A stretch of DNA of 64,000 nucleotides from Nitrospinaceae bacterium (GCA_965237905.1 OZ250172.1:1152001-1216000); one strand, 5' to 3'. Shown: positions 28,897 to 39,468, numbered from the stretch's first letter. Translations and numbers: made by a program. Notes: generated by a model not told the origin, from the sequence alone.

Positions 28897-29612
28897 GAAA
28901 AACTCCCTGCCTGCGTTCCGGGTTCATTGGCCTTCATCAGAGCGACTATTTTTTCACCCAATACCAAATCTTCCACCCGCGTGATTTTGATATTCAACTC
29001 CGAACCGGGGATCACTTTTACTTCTCTTCCCAGGTATTCGATTAACGAACCTTCATCGGTTCCATAAAAATTATCGGCCTGGGCCTTTTCAAAGGCCTCC
29101 TTAAGCAAAGAAACCTGAAACGTCTGCGGCGTTTGAACGCGCCACAACCCGCTGCGGTCGATGGTACGCTCGACCAGACCCTCCTCGTTCACTTTTTTGA
29201 TCGTATCGTTTACAGGAATCGCGGTGATCGCTGCTCCAAAATCGCGGGCGGCCTCGACGGTTTCGCGGACGAGGTCCGGCGAAACAAACGGCCGGACGCC
29301 GTCGTGAATCACGACGATATCCGTCTCGGAATCCAGGCTCTTCAAACCATTGCCGACGGAATCCTGTCGCTCCTTTCCTCCCGCGATGACTTTCGTTACT
29401 TTGGGATGGGACTCCTGAATCTGTTGTTGCGCCTTTCCGATTTCATTTTCCGAAACGACCAAGACAATTTCGTCCACTACGGAACATTGATCCAGGACAG
29501 ACAGGGTGTGGTGCAGAATAGGCTTGCCGTCGAGCAACAAAAACTGCTTCGGAACATTGGAGCCCATTCGGATGCCCATTCCAGCGGCGGGTATAATGGC
29601 GGAGACTTTCAT
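28893..29612 (-). CDS. ispD: 2-C-methyl-D-erythritol 4-phosphate cytidylyltransferase
   Basis: AAGMGIRM, PKQF, GGKERQDS, HDGVRP, QTPQ, NIKIT. Confidence 0.96.
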   Translation of the reverse strand: MKVSAIIPAAGMGIRMGSNVPKQFLLLDGKPILHHTLSVLDQCSVVDEIVLVVSENEIGKAQQQIQESHPKVTKVIAGGKERQDSVGNGLKSLDSETDIVVIHDGVRPFVSPDLVRETVEAARDFGAAITAIPVNDTIKKVNEEGLVERTIDRSGLWRVQTPQTFQVSLLKEAFEKAQADNFYGTDEGSLIEYLGREVKVIPGSELNIKITRVEDLVLGEKIVALMKANEPGTQAGSFS

Positions 29613-29642
29613 AAGTACTTAACGCCTTGGGTCAGGCTTCAG

Positions 29643-30746
29643 CTATTTTTTTAACTTTTTTAAAATACTATCACTTCGGGATATATTGACGTTGGCTTTG
29701 CGCTTCAAATCCGCCAAAGCATCCAGGAGTTGCTTATTGCTCCCTTTTCCTCCCTGGGAGGCAATGAGTTTCTCCATCTTTCCCTGCTCGGCGGCAATCG
29801 CTTTCAGGATTTCGATAAGCCGGGTAATCTTCTCGTTGATCAAATCCGCTTTGGCTCTTCCCACCTCACTGCCTTGGAGCTGGTTTTTATCGATTTGCAC
29901 AAGCCGCTTATCCAATATATCCTTCAGGGCCACCATGGTTTCACGGGTAAGTTTTAAGTTTTCATCCGACTTGGATTGATTGCCCCCAAGACTATCGATT
30001 TTGGCGGATGCGTTTTCCTGTTCCTGCAGGGTCTTGGAAAGAATGTCGATGATTTTTTTGTTTTGTTCGCTTAGGGATTTGCTATTTTGTACCACACCGG
30101 CCTGAAGAGAAGCTAACGTTTCGCTGGTTTTGGATCCCCCCTTAGCAATCTCCGTCATAACGGCAATAGATTTATCCACACGGGTATTTTGAGCGTCTAA
30201 GCGCTTCTCATTATTTTTAATCAATTCCTGAAAGGCGCTCTGGTTGAGCTGGGCCATTCGCTCCATGTCCTTGGCCATGCCTCCCTTCAACCTTTGGAGA
30301 TTGGCGCTGATTTCCTGTTTGATCGCATCCAACTCAGCCTTCTGGTGTTGGGCCTTGTTTTCCCGCTCGGACTTGATTTGGGATTCCAATTGGGCCAGAC
30401 GCTTACTCACCGATCGAATTTCCTGGATGGACTGGGCCTGGCTCTGCTCCATAGACCCCTGCATCGCCGGGATCACGCTTGATAAAATTTCGATTTGCTG
30501 GTTAACGGTTCTGTTCCCCGACTTTATTTGATTGACCTCGGCTTTAACTTTTTGAATTGCCAGGTTTGTATTGTGGATTTGGGGCATGACTTTTTCCACA
30601 ATGCGGGTATTGAGTTTTTTAATTTCCAACAAAATCCGTTCCAATTTCTTTTCATCACTTGCAAATAACTGGGCAGACGCTATAGATGCAAACCAAGCCA
30701 GGCAAACCAATAAGGCGCAGGACACGCGAATGAATTTTCTTTTCAT
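29643..30746 (-). CDS. Exported long coiled-coil protein at the cpoB/ybgF position
   Basis: Signal peptide (ASA|QLF), heptad-rich helical sequence, directly downstream of pal. No TPR domain evident. Confidence 0.7.
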   Translation of the reverse strand: MKRKFIRVSCALLVCLAWFASIASAQLFASDEKKLERILLEIKKLNTRIVEKVMPQIHNTNLAIQKVKAEVNQIKSGNRTVNQQIEILSSVIPAMQGSMEQSQAQSIQEIRSVSKRLAQLESQIKSERENKAQHQKAELDAIKQEISANLQRLKGGMAKDMERMAQLNQSAFQELIKNNEKRLDAQNTRVDKSIAVMTEIAKGGSKTSETLASLQAGVVQNSKSLSEQNKKIIDILSKTLQEQENASAKIDSLGGNQSKSDENLKLTRETMVALKDILDKRLVQIDKNQLQGSEVGRAKADLINEKITRLIEILKAIAAEQGKMEKLIASQGGKGSNKQLLDALADLKRKANVNISRSDSILKKLKK

Positions 30747-30823
30747 TGTATTTTCCCGATGATATTTAAGGACTTGTAAACGAACACTTTATTAGCATTT
30801 CACAGAAGGCCCGATACAGGAAC

Positions 30824-30860
30824 AAAAAAACAGCCGCAACAAGTATACCCCCGTTGCGGC
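30824..30860 (-). terminator. Putative rho-independent terminator after pal
   Basis: GCCGCAAC...GTTGCGGC stem next to an A7 tract that reads as U on the minus strand. Confidence 0.6.
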
Positions 30861-30902
30861 CGCTCCGTTGAACTATTTTTATAGTGTAGCTATAACTACC
30901 GA

Positions 30903-31652
30903 TCAATCAGCAACAGTGAAATGTGCCCGGCGGTTTTCCCACCAGCAGTTTTCATTGCTATCAAAACAAAAGGGTTTTTCTTCCCCGTAGCTGATGGTGT
31001 ATAACCGGCTTTCATCAACACCCAAATTGACCAGATATTTCTTGGTCTGCAAAACGCGGCGTTCGCCAAGACCCAAATTGTAATTATTGGTACCTCGTTC
31101 ATCCGCATGCCCTTGGATTTCCACACGAGCATTGGGGTTTTTCTTCAACCAATCAGCGTTGGATCGAAGAATGGTCTTGGTTGAAGTATCCAAAATATCG
31201 CGATCATACTCAAAATGGACATCTTGCAAATGCTGTTCATCTTTAAAGTCCTTAAGCAATTTAGCTTCCTGAAGCGGTTCGGCATCGGGTGCTATAAAAA
31301 TTGGATCCGGTTCCATCACCTGAGGCGTCTCGATCACTTCCGGCTCATCGGGTACCGATGGTACCTCTACAACGTCGATTGTATCCTCAACCACGTCCGG
31401 CCCTTCGGTCTCAATACCGCCCCCAAAGAGAGGTGCAGTATCTTCTTGAATACCATCAACATCTTCCTGTGTAATGTCTATCGCAGGCTGGGGCTCCTCA
31501 GGTGCGGGAATCGCCTCAACCACCGGTGCCGGGGGTTCGTCAACTTCCGGAGGGGCAACATTCTTGGAACAACCCCAAGTCAGGAGAAAACCCAAAAACA
31601 TCACTGTCCCAAAAAACAAATTAGAATGCATTGCGCTCTTGATTTTAATCAT
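30903..31652 (-). CDS. pal: Peptidoglycan-associated lipoprotein Pal with long acidic/Pro-rich linker
   Basis: Lipobox TWGC, OmpA-C motif GHADERGTNNYNLGLGERR, ISYGEEKP, NRRA. ATG at 31652 with GAGG RBS. Confidence 0.93.
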   Translation of the reverse strand: MIKIKSAMHSNLFFGTVMFLGFLLTWGCSKNVAPPEVDEPPAPVVEAIPAPEEPQPAIDITQEDVDGIQEDTAPLFGGGIETEGPDVVEDTIDVVEVPSVPDEPEVIETPQVMEPDPIFIAPDAEPLQEAKLLKDFKDEQHLQDVHFEYDRDILDTSTKTILRSNADWLKKNPNARVEIQGHADERGTNNYNLGLGERRVLQTKKYLVNLGVDESRLYTISYGEEKPFCFDSNENCWWENRRAHFTVAD

Positions 31653-31978
31653 AAGTACCTCTTTTGGATTCAATGGCTTAATTAAATTAACATCTCTCAA
31701 TCATTTCTATATCTGATCCCTTGGACTCATAAATGAGCGCCCAAAACTCACAAAAAAATAAATGGCCCAATTTTGCGCTCTGTAAAATACCTGCCATAGC
31801 TATTTGAATTATTTTGACTTGAAAGATCAACTCTGAGAACCGGGGAGGCTCTTAATACGTCCTTTAAAATTATATGACTATAGATCACTGTTTTTCAATC
31901 AATAAATTGAAGTTTCTTTATGTTAGCAGTTACTGTAAAAAAAACAAGACTGGATACGCTAACCCCTGAAAAATCAGT

Positions 31979-33325
31979 CTATCTTTTTGGGTAGGGGGAC
32001 CACGTAGGGCTGACGCCCCCTTTGGAAAGAAAGGTTAATTGCCGGCTTTTCTTGCCTCCGATGCGCTTGATATGAATGGAGGATTGTCTTCCACGCGTCA
32101 CCCGGTAGGCCAGAAAATGTCCATCGGGAGACCAGGTCGGTTCTTCCTTGCTTCCCGCGCCCGAGGTGATATCTGTCGTTTTACGGGTTTCCGTGTTGTA
32201 GATTTTTATTTGAAAGTTGCCTTTAACCATAGAGGTAAAGGCTATTTTATCCCCATGAGGCGACCAGGCGGGATTGTCATTGTAGCGGGATTGGAAGGTG
32301 ATACGTGTCACGCCGGTGCGATCGCCACTGGTAGCATCCATGATATAAATTTGCGGACGCCCGGTACCCGATCGATCCGAGGTAAAAGCGATCTTCTTCC
32401 CATCCGGCGACCAGGTGGGTGAAGTGTCAATATTGAAGTGGCGCGTCAACCGGGTCAATTTCCGCCATCGGTTCAAGACATAGATTTCGGAATTGCTGTC
32501 TTTACTGAGCACCAGGGAAATTTTACTGCCATCGGGCGACCAGGAAGGTGCTGAATTGATACCGGGCAATCTCAATAACGGACGCCGACGGCGGCGGCCA
32601 TCGGGATCCAGGAGAATCAAATCTGGGTTATGTTCTTTGTAGGAAGTGTAAACGATGAAACGGCCATCTGGAGACCAATCCGGGGACAAGATAACGGATT
32701 GTTCATTCGTCAATTTCTGAATGTTGGCGCCATCGAAATCCACCGCATACATTTCCTTCCCATCAGAGGTGCGTGAAAGAAAAGCGAGACGGGTTTCGGC
32801 CACTCCCCGTTTGCCGGTCAATTGTTCCATCACTTCATCGGCAAACCGGTGCATGATTTTCCGCATGAAACTTTTCTTGCCTTGATATCGTTTTCCGACT
32901 AAAAATTGTTCGTTAACCACATCAAAGAGGCGAAATACAAACTTGTATTTGTCGCCGGACAAGCCTTTCTCATATTGCCCCTTGATCAGCCATTGAGCTC
33001 CCAACTGACTCCAGGCGGCGTAATTCACCTTCCCGGTCCGGGCTTCATTCTTCGCCAGCTCGGAATACCTGCTAGGAGCCACAGGGACAAACAATTCAAA
33101 CAAACGGAGATCGTTTTCCAGAATATTGTGACTCTTTTCAGCAAAATTTTCGTCCGCACCCCCTCCCGAAGAAACAAAATCAGGCACTGCGATATTCACC
33201 TTATTCTGGGTTTCTTTGACAAAATCGAGGAAAATGTTTTCTTCCGAGTGCGCGGGATAGGCCTGAAACCACAGGACCAAGCCGCCTAAAACAACAATGA
33301 GTACAGATTTAATTTTTGGGTACAT
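31979..33325 (-). CDS. tolB: Tol-Pal beta-propeller protein TolB
   Basis: IAVPDF, HRFADE and repeated PxWSPDG blades. Confidence 0.95.
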   Translation of the reverse strand: MYPKIKSVLIVVLGGLVLWFQAYPAHSEENIFLDFVKETQNKVNIAVPDFVSSGGGADENFAEKSHNILENDLRLFELFVPVAPSRYSELAKNEARTGKVNYAAWSQLGAQWLIKGQYEKGLSGDKYKFVFRLFDVVNEQFLVGKRYQGKKSFMRKIMHRFADEVMEQLTGKRGVAETRLAFLSRTSDGKEMYAVDFDGANIQKLTNEQSVILSPDWSPDGRFIVYTSYKEHNPDLILLDPDGRRRRRPLLRLPGINSAPSWSPDGSKISLVLSKDSNSEIYVLNRWRKLTRLTRHFNIDTSPTWSPDGKKIAFTSDRSGTGRPQIYIMDATSGDRTGVTRITFQSRYNDNPAWSPHGDKIAFTSMVKGNFQIKIYNTETRKTTDITSGAGSKEEPTWSPDGHFLAYRVTRGRQSSIHIKRIGGKKSRQLTFLSKGGVSPTWSPYPKR

Positions 33326-34358
33326 AGTCAAATTTTAAAGTTAAAGGTAAATTGGGTTCCTTGAACTCCCTTGGAAACGGAGGTAGCGGAACAGCATTTT
33401 TAACGGCGCGGATCGCCAGATTGTCCAGCTTGCTTTCACCTGAGCTTCTGACAATCTTCGGCATCGCAATGTTGCCCTTGGGAAAAATGGTAAAAGAGAC
33501 CAGAACCATGCCGGTCCCGCCCCCCAAGGGATCTTTCCAATGTTCATCAATTTTACTTTTCACCAACCCCAGGTAAAGCGAAAGCGCATCGGCACCCGGA
33601 TCTCCCAATTCGCCGGAGGTGGCCGACGCCATCTTTTTTCTCTGGGCTTTCGTTATTTTCAAATCGCGGATTCCCGACTTGAATTCTTTGGAATGCCGTG
33701 ACGACAGTTTACTCGTGTCGACTTTAATTTGAACGCTTTCCTTTTTAATGGACTCCAACTGTTTCAAGAGTTCGGCAGCGTTGGAGTCAGTTTTTTTTGC
33801 TTTTGGTTTACTTAAAGCCGCATGGGCCTGTGCATTCATCTTTTCCAACTCGTCCAGTGCTTTCAACCGACTGGATTTTTTTTTGGGCTTGTCTTGCAGC
33901 TGCTGGGTGGCGGATTTTTTTGACAGGCGCTCAAATTCCGATTCTTTGCGCGCCAAGTCATCCTTCGGCTTGGGGACCGCCATCGCCATCTTGTCCTTTT
34001 TAGGAATCGTTTTCTTCTTCTCCAATCGAGCCAGCTCATCCAACTTGGAAACCAGAGCCTTGGAAACGGCCGGCTTTTCAGGAACCGGTTTGGGTTTGGG
34101 CACCGGTTTTTCAACGACGGGCGTCTCTTGGGGCAAGGGCGCGACAGGAGTTTCCTCCGCCTGCTGGGGAGCCGGTTCCATATCGGGTCCCGTCGGAACA
34201 TCCACAAAAAACACATCTACAAAAGCCGGCTTGACGTGCTTGACTATATTCTGGGTCTGAGGAAGGAACATGAATACCGTGAACAAAAAGAAATGAAAAA
34301 AAACGGACACCACCAGCATCTGGTTGAAATCGATGGCTGGAGACTGCGCGGATCTCAT
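33309..34358 (-). CDS. tolA: TolA/TonB-family energy transducer
   Basis: N-terminal TM with SxxxH, Pro/Lys-rich stalk, C-terminal SSGESKLD...AV...P.P.P domain. Confidence 0.85.
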   Translation of the reverse strand: MRSAQSPAIDFNQMLVVSVFFHFFLFTVFMFLPQTQNIVKHVKPAFVDVFFVDVPTGPDMEPAPQQAEETPVAPLPQETPVVEKPVPKPKPVPEKPAVSKALVSKLDELARLEKKKTIPKKDKMAMAVPKPKDDLARKESEFERLSKKSATQQLQDKPKKKSSRLKALDELEKMNAQAHAALSKPKAKKTDSNAAELLKQLESIKKESVQIKVDTSKLSSRHSKEFKSGIRDLKITKAQRKKMASATSGELGDPGADALSLYLGLVKSKIDEHWKDPLGGGTGMVLVSFTIFPKGNIAMPKIVRSSGESKLDNLAIRAVKNAVPLPPFPREFKEPNLPLTLKFDYVPKN

Positions 34359-34756
34359 TGGCCGGGTTCGGTCATCATCCCGATATTCTGGACCCCGGCG
34401 CGTCGCATGGTGGCCATGACCTTGATGACAAAGCCGTAATCCAAACTTCGATCGGCACGGAAATAAACAGCACCATCCTTCTGCTTCTTCAAATACCCCG
34501 TGAGCTTTCCGGTAAGGGTCATTAGGGTCGCCATTTTTTCCTTGTTCCAGTAAATCGTTTTATTGCTTCGAACCGATACCGTGGGAACATCTTTAACCTC
34601 CACGGTCTGGGTACTCTCCTGGGGAAGCTCAAGGTCCATCCCGTGTTGCATCAACGGCGCGGTGATCATGAAAATTACCAGCAGGACCAGCATGACATCC
34701 ACAAACGGAGTCACATTGATATCCGCCATCAATCGGGTCGCCTTCCTGCGTTCCAT
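34355..34756 (-). CDS. tolR: TolR
   Basis: INVTPFVDVMLVLLVIFMITAP, RAD...YG. Confidence 0.93.
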   Translation of the reverse strand: MERRKATRLMADINVTPFVDVMLVLLVIFMITAPLMQHGMDLELPQESTQTVEVKDVPTVSVRSNKTIYWNKEKMATLMTLTGKLTGYLKKQKDGAVYFRADRSLDYGFVIKVMATMRRAGVQNIGMMTEPGQ

Positions 34757-35509
34757 TTACAGCTCCTCCATCCGCACCGGATCAGCCGACTGACCCATGA
34801 AATCCTTTTCAACCATGTAAACGAAATCCTCGCTAAAATCTTCCATCCGGTGGTTGAACCCATGAATCCGGCTGTTCAGGTAATTGAAAAACACGACGGC
34901 AGGAATCGCGGCGACCAGGCCGGCAGCGGTCGCGATCAGAGCTTCGGCGATGCCGGGGGCCACTCCGCCGATGCTGGCGGAACCCTGGACGCCGATTATT
35001 CGGAACGAATGCATGATTCCCCAAACGGTACCGAACAAACCGATAAAAGGTGCCGTGCTACCCGTGGTCGCCAGAAAATCCAACCGGTGCCCCAGTCTTT
35101 CAATTTCATAATTGGTGGACTTGTTCAAAGCCAGGCTGATGCCTTTGAGATCCTTCGGAGTCAAACTCAACGGCCGGCCCTGTGAATTTTTAGAGCGGGA
35201 ACCCGCCATTTCTTTGAACACATACAATTCGTGATAGCCCGCCAAAAATACCCGGGCGATCGGGCTGAATTTCATTTCCTTGCAAAAGTTATAGATATTC
35301 GTCAGGCTGTCACTTTTGGAAAAAATTTTCAAAAACGTCTGGTCTTCCTTACGCGCCCGACGGAATATAAAAAACTTGGTCAAAATAATGGACCAGGACA
35401 CGACGGAAAATGCCAGGAGAAGTAAAAGAACACCTTTGGCCACGGAGGTGGATCGGGAAACCATTTCCAAAATGCTTAACGGGTCGGCTGAACTTGCAAC
35501 ATCTAACAT
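34757..35509 (-). CDS. tolQ: TolQ
   Basis: PFIGLFGTVWGIM, VAPGIAEALIATAAGL. Confidence 0.95.
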   Translation of the reverse strand: MLDVASSADPLSILEMVSRSTSVAKGVLLLLLAFSVVSWSIILTKFFIFRRARKEDQTFLKIFSKSDSLTNIYNFCKEMKFSPIARVFLAGYHELYVFKEMAGSRSKNSQGRPLSLTPKDLKGISLALNKSTNYEIERLGHRLDFLATTGSTAPFIGLFGTVWGIMHSFRIIGVQGSASIGGVAPGIAEALIATAAGLVAAIPAVVFFNYLNSRIHGFNHRMEDFSEDFVYMVEKDFMGQSADPVRMEEL

Positions 35510-35738
35510 GGAAGATGTTCCTAAAGAAAGAAGATCAATGGCAGGAAAATGAACGATAACAGACTAATTTAAAAGGCTAATACATAATGATATATCTTAA
35601 CTGTTAATTTCTGTTAATTCAATTAAAGGTAGGCTTAAATTAAGGTTCGCTTTTTCAAACGATGAAAAAACAGGGGAAATAATGTTTTAAAACGGGAAAC
35701 TGAATGATCGCCAGACCCCTTATGGAGAGTGTATCGGG

Positions 35739-36311
35739 TTAATTTTTAACCCGTTCGAGATATTCCCCCGACGAGGTCGATACCCGGACCTTCTCCCCGA
35801 CATCCACAAACTGAGGCACTATGACCACCAGCCCGGTTTCCAAAGTGGCGGGCTTGCCGCTTCCGGAGGCGGTCGCCCCCTTCATTTGAGGTTCCGTATC
35901 CTCGACCGTTAATTCCACAAATTCAGGAAGATCGAGTCCGATAGGTTTGTCCTCATGAAACTCCACTTTCACTTTGGTGTTGGGCAGAAGGTATTGCTTG
36001 GCATCGGCGATGATATCGTCGTCGATAAATATCTGCTCGTAGGTCTCGCTGTTCATGAAACAGTAACCGGAGGCGTCGGAATATAAATATTCCATATTGG
36101 CTTGCTCGAGGCTGGCCCGCTCGACTTGTTCATCTGCACGAAATTTGACTTCGGTCTGCGTTCCGTTTTTCAGGTTCCGCAGTTTGGCCTGGCAAAAAGC
36201 CCGCTTGTTGCCGGGCGTGCGGTGCTCCGAGGCCATCACCCGGTACAGTTCCTTATTATAGACAATGACATAACCCGGACGAATCCCGTTTCCATTGACA
36301 TATGCCGCCAT
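35739..36311 (-). CDS. efp: Elongation factor P with PGNK tip
   Basis: HRTPGNKRAF, YLYSD, FMNSETYEQ, KPATLETG, VPQF, GEYLER. Confidence 0.96.
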   Translation of the reverse strand: MAAYVNGNGIRPGYVIVYNKELYRVMASEHRTPGNKRAFCQAKLRNLKNGTQTEVKFRADEQVERASLEQANMEYLYSDASGYCFMNSETYEQIFIDDDIIADAKQYLLPNTKVKVEFHEDKPIGLDLPEFVELTVEDTEPQMKGATASGSGKPATLETGLVVIVPQFVDVGEKVRVSTSSGEYLERVKN

Positions 36312-36449
36312 TCAAACGCCTCCAGTATTTTAAAAGCTGTGTCGGAATCAAACTTATCATAAACCGTCCAATAAAAAGAGGAAAAAATTCTCGCGAGGAT
36401 TCTTAAAACCTGCGGGCAATGAACTCTGGATTATGGCACAATTCAAGCT

Positions 36450-37106
36450 ATGAGCTGTCCACTATGTTATTCCCCTTCGGAGTTTTTAATAAAAGCTGAA
36501 CGGCGCGAGTACCACCTCTGCGCTTCCTGCCGGCTCATCTTTGTCCCGTCCCGGTTTTTCATTACCCCGGAAAAGGAAATCGAACGCTACCTCGAACATG
36601 AAAACAGCCTCGACAACGAAGGCTATGTCCACATGTTCCAGGAAAAAATCGACCTCATCACAGACCATTGCCCGGACGTCCAAACCGTGCTCGATTACGG
36701 TTGCGGATACGAACCCGTCCTGAAAACCCTGCTGGAACGCCAAGGGTATCAAGCCGAGGGATACGACCCTTATTTTTTTCCGGAACTTAAAGAAAGCTCA
36801 GCTTACGATTTGATCGTCTCCACGGAAACTTTCGAGCACCTCAAACAACCCGGTGAAGAATTAAAAAAAATTATCCCCCTGCTGTCGCCCCGCGGATACT
36901 GTGCGGTGATGACCCAGTTCTACCCGACGCACAACGGACAACTCGATAAACTCGGTTTTCTCAACTGGTACTACAAGCGTGATCCCACCCATATCTGCTT
37001 TTACAGTCCGAAAACGTTTGAATGGATTGCACACCACCATAATTTTGATATGATCCTGAACAATGGTAAGGATTTCGTCATCCTTCAAAGAAACGCCTCC
37101 TCTTAA
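36450..37106 (+). CDS. Class I SAM-dependent methyltransferase with N-terminal zinc ribbon
   Basis: CPLC...CASC, VLDYGCG, TETFEH, WYYKRDPTHICFYS. Confidence 0.88.
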   Translation: MSCPLCYSPSEFLIKAERREYHLCASCRLIFVPSRFFITPEKEIERYLEHENSLDNEGYVHMFQEKIDLITDHCPDVQTVLDYGCGYEPVLKTLLERQGYQAEGYDPYFFPELKESSAYDLIVSTETFEHLKQPGEELKKIIPLLSPRGYCAVMTQFYPTHNGQLDKLGFLNWYYKRDPTHICFYSPKTFEWIAHHHNFDMILNNGKDFVILQRNASS

Positions 37107-37131
37107 CCTACAAAGGAAAACCCAACACACC

Positions 37132-38805
37132 ATGGCCGGAGAATATATTTTTTCAATCAGCGGGCTCAGCAAAACCTACGGGTCCAAAAAAGTTTTTGAC
37201 GGTATCAACCTATCCTTTTACCACGGCGCCAAAATCGGCTTCGTCGGCGAAAACGGCACCGGCAAGTCCACCCTGCTCCGTATCATGGCGGGAGAGGACA
37301 AGGAGCACGACGGCCGCGCCGAACCGCTCAAAGGGATCCAAATCGGATTCATGCCGCAGGAGCCGCAACTCGATGCCAACCAAACGGTACGGGAATCGGT
37401 CGAAAAAGCCTTCTCCGACATCAAGCAGATGATCGACGAGTTCAACGAAGTCTCCGCCAGCATGGCCAACCCCATGTCCGACGACGAAATGGAAAAGGCC
37501 ATGGAAAAGATGGGCCGCCTGCAAGACGCCATCGATGCCGCCGACGGCTGGGAACTGGACCGGCAGATCGACGTGGCGATGGACGCGCTGGTTCTGCCGC
37601 CCGACGATCAGAAAACGGACACCCTCTCCGGCGGCGAGGCCCGGCGCGTCGCTCTGTGCCGTCTCCTGCTCCAGAAACCGGACATCCTGTTACTTGACGA
37701 GCCGACCAACCACCTCGACGCCGAAACCGTGCAATGGCTGGAAGACACCCTGCGCGACTATCCCGGCAACGTCATCGTCTCCACCCACGACCGGTACTTT
37801 CTCGACAACATCACCAAGTGGATATTGGAACTCACCGGCGGCAAAGGGATTCCATTTGAAGGCAACTACTCCTCCTGGCTGGAACAGAAATCCGCGCAGT
37901 TGGCACAACGCGAGAAAACCGAATCCAGCCTGCAGAAACGCCTCTCAAAAGAACTCGAATGGTTGAAGTCGACCCCTAGCGCCCGCCGGTCCAAAAACAA
38001 GGCGCGCATCAGCGATTACGAAAAACTCGCCGCGCAGAAAACCAAGGTGGAGGAAAACTCGCTCGATATCCAAATCCAGCCCGGCCCTCCCCTCGGCGAA
38101 AAAGTCATCGTCGCGGAAAATCTGAAAAAGGGATACGGCGACAACCTGCTGATCGACGGTCTCAGCTTCGCGGTGCCGCGCGGTGCGGTGGTCGGCCTGA
38201 TCGGCCCCAACGGTACCGGCAAAACCACATTGTTCCGCATGATCGTCGGCGAGGAGCAACCCGACGGCGGCTCACTGGAATTGGGATCGAGCGTGGCGCT
38301 CTCCTACGTCGACCAGCACCGGCACGACCTCGACGCCAACAAAACCGCTTACGAGGAAATCTCCGGCGGCGACGACCGCATCGAAATCGCCGGCAGTAAC
38401 CTGAACGCCCGCTCGTATGTCGGGCGCTTCAACTTCAAAGGCTCCGACCAACAGAAAAAAGTAGGTGATCTCTCCGGCGGCGAACGCAACCGCGTGCACC
38501 TCGCCAAACTACTGAGGCGCGGAGGCAACGTGTTACTGCTCGACGAACCGTCGAACGATCTCGACGTCACCACGCTCAGCAATCTCGAGAACGGCATCCT
38601 TAATTTCAACGGATGCGTGATGGTGATCTCGCATGACCGGTTCTTCCTCGATCGAATTTGTACGCACCTTTTGATATTCGAAGGCGAAAGCAAGGTCAGA
38701 TGGTTCGAGGGCAATTTCGAGGCCTATCAGGAAACGCGCAAGAAGGAACTCGGCGGGCGTGAAGAGAACCGCCGCTCCAAATACAAAAAACTCACGATTC
38801 GGTAA
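37132..38805 (+). CDS. ettA: Energy-dependent translational throttle protein EttA (ABC-F)
   Basis: Two ABC domains, LLLDEPTNHLD, THDRYFLD, ELEW...KNKARI linker. ATG at 37132. Confidence 0.95.
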   Translation: MAGEYIFSISGLSKTYGSKKVFDGINLSFYHGAKIGFVGENGTGKSTLLRIMAGEDKEHDGRAEPLKGIQIGFMPQEPQLDANQTVRESVEKAFSDIKQMIDEFNEVSASMANPMSDDEMEKAMEKMGRLQDAIDAADGWELDRQIDVAMDALVLPPDDQKTDTLSGGEARRVALCRLLLQKPDILLLDEPTNHLDAETVQWLEDTLRDYPGNVIVSTHDRYFLDNITKWILELTGGKGIPFEGNYSSWLEQKSAQLAQREKTESSLQKRLSKELEWLKSTPSARRSKNKARISDYEKLAAQKTKVEENSLDIQIQPGPPLGEKVIVAENLKKGYGDNLLIDGLSFAVPRGAVVGLIGPNGTGKTTLFRMIVGEEQPDGGSLELGSSVALSYVDQHRHDLDANKTAYEEISGGDDRIEIAGSNLNARSYVGRFNFKGSDQQKKVGDLSGGERNRVHLAKLLRRGGNVLLLDEPSNDLDVTTLSNLENGILNFNGCVMVISHDRFFLDRICTHLLIFEGESKVRWFEGNFEAYQETRKKELGGREENRRSKYKKLTIR

Positions 38806-38808
38806 ACC

Positions 38809-39468
38809 ATGACCCAAATGAGACTTTTTTTGATTTTATTATTCTCAATCACGGCATTGGTGATTACCAGTCACCGTTCTATTGCTGGAGAAGAACTTTT
38901 CAATGCCGGAAAATCCGATTCGTCCATCAAACCATTTGTGTTCCCAAAATCCATGGTGGTGATTCCGAGTTGTTATCCTAATAAAGGCGGGTGCGTTTTT
39001 ATTTTTCCTGGAGTTGGAGTATTGGGATTTGACAAGGAAATTGGCCCAAAAATAAGTTTAATTGCCGAGATCCTAGAGAATGAAAAAGCGATAAAGAAAT
39101 ATTTAGTTCGACTCGACCCAGCCCGTATCGCCCCGGCTACCAGAGGAGAAGGTCTCAAAGGATATCTATACTCCAGACAAGCTTTAAAGGAATTGGGTAA
39201 ACAACACGATGTGGATTTTTTATTTTTATTCCGCCGGACTATTTTCCATCCCCCGCCACGGTTTATTCGAACACAGGGTCTGATCTATCTGGTACGGCAG
39301 GACAAACTCCTCACAGTACCTTTCAATGACCAAATCTTTAAATTGAACGTACCTGATTTTAAAAAGAAAATGGAAGAAGTAAATCAAATAGGGCTCAAGC
39401 AACTGGCGAAGGATGCGCGCAGGGTCATCATGTCCCACAAATTCGAGAAACGCCGCTCCAATTATTGA
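38809..39468 (+). CDS. Hypothetical exported protein
   Basis: 219-aa ORF with a signal-like N-terminus, 3 bp after the ettA stop. Visibly AT-rich. Confidence 0.6.
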   Translation: MTQMRLFLILLFSITALVITSHRSIAGEELFNAGKSDSSIKPFVFPKSMVVIPSCYPNKGGCVFIFPGVGVLGFDKEIGPKISLIAEILENEKAIKKYLVRLDPARIAPATRGEGLKGYLYSRQALKELGKQHDVDFLFLFRRTIFHPPPRFIRTQGLIYLVRQDKLLTVPFNDQIFKLNVPDFKKKMEEVNQIGLKQLAKDARRVIMSHKFEKRRSNY

